Under the pieces are notes generated by a model, which saw nothing but the letters and a program-made list of their open reading frames with translations, made no database searches and was not told where the DNA came from. From an uncultured Dehalococcoidia bacterium (GTDB lineage Bacteria > Chloroflexota > Dehalococcoidia > UBA2247 > RBG-13-53-26), in assembly GCA_964409515.1 (NCBI GenBank), contig CAYPDY010000001.1:6072-63393 (forward strand): a stretch of DNA of 57,322 nucleotides. The letters are read 5' to 3'. Both the position numbers and the translations under genes were made by a program. How positions within the stretch are numbered: position 1 is the stretch's first letter; the number at the start of each line of letters is the position of its first letter. Shown here piece by piece: positions 8,420-16,152 of the stretch.

Positions 8420-9372
8420 TTCCCCCCCTCAGTTCCGACGGGCCGCTGTTGACTGTCCTTCCGGCTGGCCTGGTCCCCGAACTCCAGCCACACCAGGTAC
8501 TGCCCGGCGCACCCATCGCAGACCGTGGCCAGCACGCCGTGCACCTCAAGCGTCTCCACGCACCCCGGCCGCGATGTCTCTTGGGAGAGCTCGATCGTGA
8601 CGTACCGCTCGCCCCGGGCTATCCCGGCCTGGCAGAGGCTGCAGGACTCACCCCCGGGCGCGTCCTGGCGGCGCAGCGACGCCCAGTCGCCTCGCTCTCT
8701 GGCGAAGCGGCGGAAGCCCTCCTGTTCCAGCCGGAACAGGGGCATGGGGGCATGGCCGAAAGCGATGGACTGGTTCTCGGCCTTCTTCCGGCAGTCCGCG
8801 CACACCTGCAGCGAGGCGGTGCTGTCCAGTATTGTGTCTTCGGGCTGGCCCTGGCCGCCCTTCTCCCTCAGCACGCGGGAGACGCAGTAGTAGTGCTCCC
8901 CGTGCTCGATGCTGCGGTCACAGGAGAAGCAGGTCACCAGTCCGGGGTCGGCGGCGGCGGCGGCCCTGCGTTTCCACAGCCTCTCACGGAAGATGACGTA
9001 GCCGGCCATCTCGCCCATGCTGAGCACCAGGTGCACATCGCGCAGATAGGCCGGAGCATCCGCGCCCGAGCCGGGCTCCAGGAAAGCAGGCTGGGCCCTG
9101 TCGTCGAGCCTGTCCAGGAACTCGTCCTCCTCGGTCCGCCAGCGCGGCGCGTATTGAACGCAGAAGCCCTTCTCGGGATCATGGTAGAAGACATCCGCGG
9201 GCAGATGGTCGGTGAAGCTGCAGCTGCGGCAGCGATAGAGGTTGAGCTTGCCCGCCAGCAGGTCCTTCCTCGCTCTGGGGTCGGCCTGCGCATCTATGAA
9301 CTGCCTTATCCGGGCCCTGCCGGAGCTCCCGCACCGGGGACACTCAACTTCGACCAGTGTCTTCTGTTCCAT
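8416..9372 (-). CDS. CpXC-domain / triple zinc-ribbon protein
   Basis: CPRCG(11-15)...YRCRSC(47-51) followed by FYHDPEKGF (CpXC pattern). Two more CxxC...CxxC pairs follow: TCFSCDRS...VCADCRKK and SCSLCQAG...VCDGCAG. AGGAGGGG SD upstream of ATG 9372. Confidence 0.75.
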   Translation of the reverse strand: MEQKTLVEVECPRCGSSGRARIRQFIDAQADPRARKDLLAGKLNLYRCRSCSFTDHLPADVFYHDPEKGFCVQYAPRWRTEEDEFLDRLDDRAQPAFLEPGSGADAPAYLRDVHLVLSMGEMAGYVIFRERLWKRRAAAAADPGLVTCFSCDRSIEHGEHYYCVSRVLREKGGQGQPEDTILDSTASLQVCADCRKKAENQSIAFGHAPMPLFRLEQEGFRRFARERGDWASLRRQDAPGGESCSLCQAGIARGERYVTIELSQETSRPGCVETLEVHGVLATVCDGCAGQYLVWLEFGDQASRKDSQQRPVGTEGGK

Positions 9373-9399
9373 ACTTCACCCCTCCTGCTGCCGCTATCG

Positions 9400-9428
9400 T
9401 TGGCTTCTCCTTTTCCTGGACCTAGAAT
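9400..9428 (+). promoter_or_regulatory. possible distal promoter TTGGCT-N17-TAGAAT
   Basis: Hexamers at 9400-9405 and 9423-9428 with a 17-nt spacer, oriented toward the WYL gene. Confidence 0.3.
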
Positions 9429-9439
9429 AGCACAGCGCT

Positions 9440-9457
9440 TTGACAGGTGTATGTCAA
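9440..9457. promoter_or_regulatory. inverted repeat TTGAC-N8-GTCAA (candidate operator)
   Basis: TTGAC at 9440-9444 and GTCAA at 9453-9457, in the divergent intergenic region. On the minus strand the right arm reads TTGACA after a T-tract. Confidence 0.35.
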
Positions 9458-9484
9458 AAAAGCGCGGATTCGTCCGAACAACCG

Positions 9485-9513
9485 GTGACATTTCTGGACA
9501 AGAGGGCTAGAAT
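9485..9513 (+). promoter_or_regulatory. candidate sigma-70-type promoter GTGACA-N17-TAGAAT for the WYL regulator
   Basis: GTGACA at 9485-9490 and TAGAAT at 9508-9513, with an exact 17-nt spacer. It sits about 30 nt upstream of ATG 9545, which has GAGGAGG 6 nt upstream. Confidence 0.45.
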
Positions 9514-9544
9514 GCGCCAGGAGCTCCGGGCGAGGAGGTGGCGC

Positions 9545-10531
9545 ATGTATGAAGACGGGCTGAGGAAGATAGAGCGGCTTACCAGGATATGGTTCCTCAT
9601 CCAGACCGAACCCTTTCATTTCACGGCAAAGGCCCTGGCGGAGAGGTTCGATGTTACGGTGAAGACCATATACCGGGACCTGGACACCCTGGACGTGGAG
9701 CTGCGGGTGCCGATAGAGAAACGGGGCCCCAGACTGGGAGTCAGCGAGGGCTACTACCTGCCGCCGATCCGGCTGACGGTCCCTGAGGCGCTGACCATCT
9801 TCCTGTCGGCCAGGCTCATGCTCGGCTACTCCCACCGCTACGACCCGCGGGTCGACTCCACCTTCACCAAGCTGGGCGCGGCGGTGCCGCTGCCGCTCCG
9901 GGAGCAGATACAGAAGACCCTGGACTGGATGCGGAAGCTGCCCCGGGATGACCGGTCACTGCGGAACATGGCCAGGCTGGCCGAGGGATGGGTGTCGCAG
10001 AAGAGGCTCAAGATACGCTACCGGTCGCAGGGGGCCAGGGAGGCGGTGGACCGCGTCATAGAGCCGTACTTCATCGAGCCGGCGGCGCCCGGGCACTCCA
10101 GCTACGTCATCGCCTACTGCCGCCGCGCGCAGGGGATCCGGGTCTTCAAGGTGGAGCGCATCGAGGGCATTGAGATCATGGAAGAGACCTATGCCGTACC
10201 AGGCGACTTCGACGCCAACGAGTACCTGAGGGGCGCCTGGGGCATCGTGGTGGAGGGTGAGGAGCAGACGGTGCGGCTCAGGTTCAGCCCGGAAATCGCC
10301 CGCTTGATGGAGGAGACCATCTGGCATCCGTCCCAGAAGCTCGAGAAGCAGGTTGACGGTTCGGTTAGCATGACGCTGACGGTCTTCCAGACCCCGGAGC
10401 TGCTCACCTGGATACTGGGCTGGGGGGAGAAGGTGGAGGTGCTGGAGCCGGAGGAGCTGCGGAGGCAAGTGCGGAAGACAGCGAGGGCGATGGTGGGGGT
10501 GTACGCAGGCACCGGCCGCAGGTCATCGTGA
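9545..10531 (+). CDS. HTH-WYL-WCX transcriptional regulator
   Basis: N-terminal HTH (FTAKALAERFDVTVKTIYRDLDTLD). Central WYL-like region (LKIRYRSQGAREAVDRVIEPYFIE...SYVIAYCRRAQGIRVFKVERI). C-terminal WCX-like region (LRFSPEIARLMEETIWHPSQ...ELLTWILGWGEKVEVLEPEELR). Start moved from 9440 to 9545 because of the SD and the promoter elements lying inside the longer ORF. Confidence 0.85.
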   Translation: MYEDGLRKIERLTRIWFLIQTEPFHFTAKALAERFDVTVKTIYRDLDTLDVELRVPIEKRGPRLGVSEGYYLPPIRLTVPEALTIFLSARLMLGYSHRYDPRVDSTFTKLGAAVPLPLREQIQKTLDWMRKLPRDDRSLRNMARLAEGWVSQKRLKIRYRSQGAREAVDRVIEPYFIEPAAPGHSSYVIAYCRRAQGIRVFKVERIEGIEIMEETYAVPGDFDANEYLRGAWGIVVEGEEQTVRLRFSPEIARLMEETIWHPSQKLEKQVDGSVSMTLTVFQTPELLTWILGWGEKVEVLEPEELRRQVRKTARAMVGVYAGTGRRSS

Positions 10532-10557
10532 TGGCTGATTGGTTGGTCTGGTGAGGA

Positions 10558-10959
10558 CTACTTGACCAGGGCCAGGCCGACCTCGAAGAAGCCGAGCCCG
10601 CTCCTGCAGGGGACAGGCTGCTCGTAGGCCACGGGGTTGGCCAGGACAAAGCCATATGTGCCCGCGAACCAGGGGCTCCGGCTCGAGGTCACGCAGTCGA
10701 CGATGTCAACTTCGCCGACGATGCAGCCCGGCTTGCCGTCGCGCTGCATCTGGAGCCACTTCGCCTGTGCCTCTTCCTGTCCGCATTCTCGTCCGAGCAG
10801 GCGCAGGGCTGTTCGGTGTCCGCTGGCTGTGTCCCACTGACTCGAGGCGTGAACGTAGATCCGCCCCCGGAACTTCGTGGGCCAGCCTCTGTTCTCTACA
10901 TCCTTGAAGCCGTGCACGATCAGCCAGGCCCACGGCTGCTTTATGCTGAGTGCTTTCAT
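10558..10959 (-). CDS. ASCH domain protein (PUA-like fold)
   Basis: MKALSIKQPWAWLIVHGFKDVENRGW is the canonical ASCH N-terminus. Length of 133 aa fits. Confidence 0.8.
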   Translation of the reverse strand: MKALSIKQPWAWLIVHGFKDVENRGWPTKFRGRIYVHASSQWDTASGHRTALRLLGRECGQEEAQAKWLQMQRDGKPGCIVGEVDIVDCVTSSRSPWFAGTYGFVLANPVAYEQPVPCRSGLGFFEVGLALVK

Positions 10960-10991
10960 GTTGCGTCCATTCTCTCAGCCGGCAGGTGAAA

Positions 10992-11195
10992 TCAGCCGGC
11001 GGTCCCTCCGCTGCCAAATACGAGATCCGGTGTCGCCGATGAGGGACCTGTTCTACCGGTCTTGTGGTACTTGAACCGAGCGGTGTTCTGCGGAAAGTCC
11101 CTTTCCTCGCCGCAAACCTTGCATGTTGCATGGTACGAGCCGCCCACGGGTCGGGTCTCGATCAGCCAGTGATGGGCGGTAGCGCATGGGTCCAT
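10992..11195 (-). CDS. small Cys/His protein (C-x3-HHW ... CKVCGEER-x-F), paralog of 16153..16428
   Basis: MDPCATAHHWLIETRPVGGSYHATCKVCGEERDFPQN. The same core is found in a second ORF 5 kb away. Confidence 0.55.
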   Translation of the reverse strand: MDPCATAHHWLIETRPVGGSYHATCKVCGEERDFPQNTARFKYHKTGRTGPSSATPDLVFGSGGTAG

Positions 11196-11260
11196 CGGGT
11201 GTAACCCTCCTTTCAGGGGGAGAAGGCCGTCGGGGTGATCGCTATTTCAGGATAACGACA

Positions 11261-11289
11261 GCAGAGGGCGGGACAGACCCGCCCTCTGC
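11261..11289 (-). terminator. perfect 12-bp GC-rich hairpin just downstream of the zinc-ribbon gene
   Basis: GCAGAGGGCGGG (11261-11272), 5-nt loop, CCCGCCCTCTGC (11278-11289). It begins 10 nt after the stop at 11299. The following U-tract is weak. Confidence 0.5.
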
Positions 11290-11298
11290 TCATTGTGA

Positions 11299-11610
11299 CT
11301 AGTATCGCGAGGCGCTGGGCTTGACCTTGCTGAAGCACTCTCGGCAGTACACCGGTCGGCCGTTTCTGGGTTCAAATGGCAGTTCCGTGGCCTTGCCGCA
11401 CTGAGAGCACGTTGCCGGATACATCTGTCGCCTTGACCCGCCGAAACCAGAAGAATTGCCATTCTGGGCTTTTCGGGCGGAGCGGCAGACAGGGCAGCGC
11501 TTGGGCTCATTGGTGTAGCCCTTCTCGGCGAAGAAGTCCTGCTCGGTGGCGGTGAAGGTGAAATCCGCACCGCACTCGGAGCAATTGAGTGTCTTGTCCA
11601 CAAAGCTCAT
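11299..11610 (-). CDS. CxxC-x17-CxxC zinc-ribbon protein (two copies of the motif)
   Basis: KTLNCSECGADFTFTATEQDFFAEKGYTNEPKRCPVCR and ATCSQCGKATELPFEPRNGRPVYCRECF. AAGGAGGT SD. Confidence 0.8.
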   Translation of the reverse strand: MSFVDKTLNCSECGADFTFTATEQDFFAEKGYTNEPKRCPVCRSARKAQNGNSSGFGGSRRQMYPATCSQCGKATELPFEPRNGRPVYCRECFSKVKPSASRY

Positions 11611-11839
11611 GAGGTGACCTCCTTTCTTGAGATACTAGGCTAGAGTAGAAGTCATCCAGAGCCCGTGGCTACGCTCGTGAGGCATACAGACTGTTGATAA
11701 CCTGAACTTAAACCAGTAGCCTGATCATACCACGTTGCCGGACAACTTACAAACGCGGACCGTGCAGATCCGTCCCCTGCCTGTGCGGCCGGTGTCTGCT
11801 TCCCCGTATAATCTACTTGATTCACATTCGGGGCAAGGA

Positions 11840-13831
11840 ATGCTCAGAGTATCGGAACTGTCCAAGTCATTCGCCGAGCGGGTGCTGTTCTCCGGGGTCA
11901 GCTTCGGCATCGAGCCCGGGGACCGCGTGGCCCTCATCGGACCCAACGGCTCCGGGAAGACCACGCTCCTCGATATCCTGGCCGGCGCCGCGGCTCCCGA
12001 CTCCGGCGAGGTGGTCAAGAGGAAGAACCTGACCATCGGGTACCTGCGTCAGGACATCAGCCCCTTCTCCGACCGGCTGCTGCTTGACGACATGCTACTC
12101 GCCTCCCCGAAGCTGACCGGGCTGCTGAAGCGCATCGGCCGGCTCCAGGAGACGCTGGCGCATTCTCAGCCCGGCGAGGGGACTGCGCAGCGGCTGGCTG
12201 AGGAGCTGGGCGGCCTGCAGCACGCCTACGAAGCGGCCGGCGGCTACGACCTGGAGCACCAGGCGAAGGCCGTACTGTCCGGGCTGGGATTTCACCGGCC
12301 GGACTTCTCCCGCCCGCTCGCCGAGTTCCGTGGCGGATGGCTGATGCGCGCCTCGCTGGCCAAGCTGCTGGTGACCCGGCCCGACCTGCTGCTCCTGGAC
12401 GAGCCAACCAACCACCTGGACCTTGAGGCGTGCATCTGGTTCGAGAAATACCTCGCCTCGTACCGAGGGGCGGTCGTCGTCACATCTCATGACCGCGCCT
12501 TCCTCAACCGCGCCGTCAACCGGGTGCTGTCCATCGAGCCCGAGGGGGTGATGCAGCACCGCGGCAGCTATGACGACTACGTGCTGGCCAGGCAGCAGCA
12601 GGTGGAGGTGATGCAGAGCACGGCGGAAAGGCAGGAGAGGGAGATCGAGCGCGAGATGCGCTTCGTCGACAGGTTCCGGGCGAAGGCCACCAAGGCCCGG
12701 CAGGTGCAGAGCCGCCTGAAGCGCCTGGAGAAGATGGAGAGGGTGGCCGTGCCCCGGACCACGAAGAAGATACACTTCCATTTCCCCTCGCCGGTGCAGA
12801 GCGGCAGGGAGGTCATCTCCCTGGCCCACGTCGACAAGGCCTACGGCGACCTGGCGGTCTACCGCGACCTGAACCTGGCGCTGCACCGGGGTGACCGCGC
12901 AGCCCTGGTCGGACCCAACGGCGCCGGCAAAACGACTCTGCTCAAGATCCTGGCCGGGGTGCTTCCCTTCGAGAAGGGAGAGCGCCGTCTGGGCCACAAC
13001 GTGGTCATGGCCTACTACGCCCAGTACGTGCTGGAGCTGCTGGATCCCGGCAACACGGTCCTGGAGGAGATGCGCCGGTCGGCCGAGACCGTCTCGGACC
13101 AGAATCTGAGGCGCATACTGGGCGGCTTTCTGTTCAGCGGCGACGACGTCCGGAAGCCGGTTTCCGTCCTTTCCGGGGGCGAGAAGGCCCGTGTCGCCCT
13201 GGCCAAGATGCTGACGCAGCCCAACAATCTGCTCCTGCTGGACGAGCCCACCAACCACCTCGACATCGCCTCGCGCGAGGTGCTGATCGATGCCCTGAAC
13301 GAGCACCAGGGGACCATCTGCCTCATAACACACGACCGCACGCTGATCCGGGAGGTGGCCAACAAGATCGTCGAAATACGGGACGGGAAACCGCACCTGT
13401 ACCCGGGTGACTATGACAGCTACCTCTTCCACAAGGAGGAGGAGCAGCGGCAGTCAATTGAAGCGCTTGCTGGTGCCGCGGCGCGCCCGGAGCCCGGCCA
13501 AACGGCCGGGAAGGCGGCCGGCGCCCCGGGCCCGGCCAGGCACGGGAGGCAGCCCGTCAGCGCGGACGAGCAGCTCCGGCGCCAGCTGAGGCGCCGCCGG
13601 GCCGAGATCGCGAGGGGCATTGAAGCCGTGGAGGGCCGGCTCTCAAAGCGAGAGTCAGAGCTGGCGGATCTGGAAGTGGTCTTCGCCGACCCGGAGCTGT
13701 ACCGCGACGGCGCCAGGACGGCGGCCTCGGTCGAGCGGCACCGGGCCCTGAAAGAGGAGATCCGCGCCCTCACCCAGGAGTGGGAGGATCTGCTGGCCGC
13801 CGCCGAGGAAGCGAAACAAGAGGATCCATGA
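11840..13831 (+). CDS. ABC-F family ATPase (two NBDs, C-terminal coiled-coil extension)
   Basis: Walker A motifs GPNGSGKTT and GPNGAGKTT. Signature motifs GGWLMR and LSGGEKARV. Walker B motifs [12 protein letters not shown] (twice). Arg/Lys-rich inter-domain linker. Start trimmed to [11 protein letters not shown] (ATG 11840). Confidence 0.9.
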   Translation: MLRVSELSKSFAERVLFSGVSFGIEPGDRVALIGPNGSGKTTLLDILAGAAAPDSGEVVKRKNLTIGYLRQDISPFSDRLLLDDMLLASPKLTGLLKRIGRLQETLAHSQPGEGTAQRLAEELGGLQHAYEAAGGYDLEHQAKAVLSGLGFHRPDFSRPLAEFRGGWLMRASLAKLLVTRPDLLLLDEPTNHLDLEACIWFEKYLASYRGAVVVTSHDRAFLNRAVNRVLSIEPEGVMQHRGSYDDYVLARQQQVEVMQSTAERQEREIEREMRFVDRFRAKATKARQVQSRLKRLEKMERVAVPRTTKKIHFHFPSPVQSGREVISLAHVDKAYGDLAVYRDLNLALHRGDRAALVGPNGAGKTTLLKILAGVLPFEKGERRLGHNVVMAYYAQYVLELLDPGNTVLEEMRRSAETVSDQNLRRILGGFLFSGDDVRKPVSVLSGGEKARVALAKMLTQPNNLLLLDEPTNHLDIASREVLIDALNEHQGTICLITHDRTLIREVANKIVEIRDGKPHLYPGDYDSYLFHKEEEQRQSIEALAGAAARPEPGQTAGKAAGAPGPARHGRQPVSADEQLRRQLRRRRAEIARGIEAVEGRLSKRESELADLEVVFADPELYRDGARTAASVERHRALKEEIRALTQEWEDLLAAAEEAKQEDP

Positions 13832-13946
13832 AGCGGGCGGCTCCGTCCGCCCTCCGTCGCGCTTGCCGGTGGCGGGCGGACGCGCGTATTCTTAGAATAG
13901 ATGAGTTGGCGGACCTGGCCGCCATACTTCGCAGGGAGGTACTTGA

Positions 13947-14189
13947 TTGACTACTTCGGAACAAGCGGAAGGGCTGGCGGGAGAGTTCGTTGACATTGAA
14001 ACAGACATCGTTGTCGGTGCCTGCATCGACGGAGATGGACGGATCTGGCTCAATATCGATGCCACTGAGCACTCGCCTGACTGTCTCAGTTGTGATTACT
14101 GCGGCACCGAGACGGCCAAGGGGATGCTCTGCGTCGACACCAAAGAGAGCGTGTGCCAGCGTTGCTTTCGCGCCAACTACGCCAGGTAG
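13947..14189 (+). CDS. small Cys-rich hypothetical protein (TTG start)
   Basis: GGAGG lies 7 nt upstream of TTG 13947. Contains CLSCDYCG...LCVDTKESVCQRCF. The region is visibly less GC-rich than its flanks. The overlapping minus ORF 13770..14246 is Arg-rich and looks spurious. Confidence 0.45.
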   Translation: MTTSEQAEGLAGEFVDIETDIVVGACIDGDGRIWLNIDATEHSPDCLSCDYCGTETAKGMLCVDTKESVCQRCFRANYAR

Positions 14190-14223
14190 CCTCAGCCGCC
14201 CGCCTGCCCGGTCGCGGCGGCGA

Positions 14224-15210
14224 CTAGGCCCTTCGGCCGGCCACATCCTTTGCGGGCCGGGCGGCTTCAGCCCCGGCCGCCGCTGGCCTGACCATCAGGA
14301 TCGGGCTTGAGGAGCCGGTAAGGACCTTCTGGGCCACACTGCCGTAAGCCCACCTGCTCACTCCGGTGCGGCCATGCGTTGCCATCACGATCAGGCTGAA
14401 AGGGATCTTGTTGGCATAGTCGACGATCTCCTCGGCGGCGCTGGCCTTCAGCTGCTCTATGGGCTCCGAACGCACCTGCAGCCCGGTCTCCTTCAGGTGT
14501 TTCTCGACGCCGGCCAGGTACTGCAGGGTGGTCCGGCGGCATGCCGCCCAGTTCTCATCCATCAGCTTCTGCCAGTCGAATGGTATCTCGGGGCCGGCCA
14601 CGGGCGGCGTCGGCGGAGGCTCGCAGACCATGAGCAGCACCACATTCAGCATCTCATTGCCAACCTGTCGCGCGAGTGCCTGGACATGGGGCAGCACTGA
14701 CTCCGCCAGGGGCGAGCCGTCCAGCGGCACGATCACGGTGATGTCCGTCCACTTCTCGAGCTTGCCCTCGTCTGCGGTCTCGGGCCGCACCAGCAGCACC
14801 GGGACTGTTGAGTGGCGCAGCACCTCGTCCGCCACGCTCCCCAGGACCCAGCGCCGCACTCCGGTTCGCCCGTGCGTCGACATGACCATCAGGTCAATGC
14901 CCTTCTCCCGGGCATAGCGCAGTATCTCGTCCGGGGCGTGTCCCACAACGACTTCGCCGGCGATCTGCGGTTCTTCCGACCCCGTCCTGGTTCCCAGCTT
15001 CCTCTGTACGTCGTACACCCGGCGCCTCACCATCTCCGCCGAGTGACTGGCATATGCCTGGTGCATTGGGAGTGACTCGGACTCTACGGGGTCCACAACG
15101 TGCAGCACCGTGACATTGGCGCCCAGCCGGCTGGCGAGTTCCCTGGCATAGGCGAAGGCGGACTCCGCCAGCCTGGAGCCATCTACCGGTACCAACATAT
15201 TCTTGTACAT
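14224..15210 (-). CDS. tandem universal stress protein (two UspA domains)
   Basis: MYKNMLVPVDGSRLAESAFAYA...LMVMSTHGRTGVRRWVLGSVADEVLRHSTVPVLLV, with a second copy ...LIVMATHGRTGVSRWAYGSVAQKVL. GGGAGGTG SD before ATG 15210. Confidence 0.9.
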   Translation of the reverse strand: MYKNMLVPVDGSRLAESAFAYARELASRLGANVTVLHVVDPVESESLPMHQAYASHSAEMVRRRVYDVQRKLGTRTGSEEPQIAGEVVVGHAPDEILRYAREKGIDLMVMSTHGRTGVRRWVLGSVADEVLRHSTVPVLLVRPETADEGKLEKWTDITVIVPLDGSPLAESVLPHVQALARQVGNEMLNVVLLMVCEPPPTPPVAGPEIPFDWQKLMDENWAACRRTTLQYLAGVEKHLKETGLQVRSEPIEQLKASAAEEIVDYANKIPFSLIVMATHGRTGVSRWAYGSVAQKVLTGSSSPILMVRPAAAGAEAARPAKDVAGRRA

Positions 15211-15303
15211 CTTCACACCTCCCATAATCCCGATTCTCCCAGCACCCGACCGGGGCCGCCATTGGGAGAGGTACTTAGGCAGAGGTTGTGGCGTGTACGT
15301 AGT

Positions 15304-15331
15304 TTGACAAGACGGGACGGGCGCCTATAAT
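15304..15331 (+). promoter_or_regulatory. consensus sigma-70-type promoter TTGACA-N16-TATAAT
   Basis: TTGACA at 15304-15309 and TATAAT at 15326-15331, directly upstream of the NarL-type regulator ORF. Confidence 0.5.
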
Positions 15332-15336
15332 CGACA

Positions 15337-16077
15337 TTGTCGACCGGGCCTGGCTTCGCCGGAGGAAGCACCCTCGTTGACTCCCGCCGGGAGAGAAACG
15401 GTCAGGGCGAAAGAGAGGCAAGGGGAACGATAACTGCAGTTCTGGCTGACGACCACAACATTGTGCGCCAGGGCCTGCGGAAGCTGCTCGAGGCGCAACC
15501 GGACGTTCGTGTTGTCGGCGAGGCGGCTGACGGTGCGGAGGCAACACAGCTCGTGGAGCAGCTGCAGCCCAACGTGCTGGTAGTTGACATCATGATGGGC
15601 GGCATGAACGGCATCGAAGTCACGCGTTATGTCAAGAAGTTGTCTCCCAAGACCGCCGTGGTGGTCCTGTCCATGCATGCCGACGAGGGGTATGTCATGG
15701 AGGCCTTGCGAGCCGGAGCCAGGGGCTATGTTCTGAAGGACTCCATTGCCGATGACCTGCTGCATGCCATGCGGGAGGCGGCCCTGGGGCGCCGGTACCT
15801 CAGCCCGCCGCTTTCGGAGTTCGTCATCGATGGCTACCTCCAGAAGCAGGAAGGCACGGCGCTCAAGCCTCACGAGAGGCTCACTGTGAGGGAACGCGAG
15901 GTCCTGCACCTGCTGGCGGAGGGTTTCTCCAACGCCGACATAGCGGCGCGGCTTTGTGTCAGCCGGCGCACTATTGAGGTGCATCGGGCCCACGTGATGC
16001 GCAAGCTTGGCCTGCGCAACCAGGTCCAGTTGCTCCGCTATGCCATCGAGGCGGGCATTGCGCCGCCAGGCAAGTAA
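15337..16077 (+). CDS. NarL/FixJ-family response regulator (REC + LuxR HTH)
   Basis: REC domain: VLADDH, VLVVDIMMGGMNG, VVVLSMHAD, YVLKD. HTH domain: LTVREREVLHLLAEGFSNADIAARLCVSRRTIEVHRAHVMRKLG. The start is uncertain (see findings). 15337 is the ORF-track TTG. Confidence 0.9.
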   Translation: MSTGPGFAGGSTLVDSRRERNGQGEREARGTITAVLADDHNIVRQGLRKLLEAQPDVRVVGEAADGAEATQLVEQLQPNVLVVDIMMGGMNGIEVTRYVKKLSPKTAVVVLSMHADEGYVMEALRAGARGYVLKDSIADDLLHAMREAALGRRYLSPPLSEFVIDGYLQKQEGTALKPHERLTVREREVLHLLAEGFSNADIAARLCVSRRTIEVHRAHVMRKLGLRNQVQLLRYAIEAGIAPPGK

Positions 16078-16152
16078 GTAACCCCCACACCCTCGCATTA
16101 AGTAGCATCCCCAATATCCCCTATTATCGGCGGCCTGCGATACTGGTTTCGG

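Noticed and set aside
9440-9544. Longer N-terminus for the WYL regulator (ORF-track start 9440, or ATG 9512)
   Set aside because: These codons lie within the dyad and promoter hexamers and lack an SD. ATG 9545 has GAGGAGG at ideal spacing, and the HTH begins right after it.
11611-11839. Ribosome-mediated attenuator/leader peptide upstream of the ABC-F gene (as in antibiotic-resistance ABC-F genes)
   Set aside because: The 229-nt, lower-GC leader is long enough, but I could not identify a convincing short leader ORF with an SD or alternative hairpins. The ABC-F linker length looks housekeeping-like.
12095-13432. 445-aa minus-strand ORF inside the ABC-F gene
   Set aside because: The opposite strand encodes textbook Walker A, signature and Walker B motifs twice. 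The antisense product is low-complexity (Q/L/G/V/R repeats).
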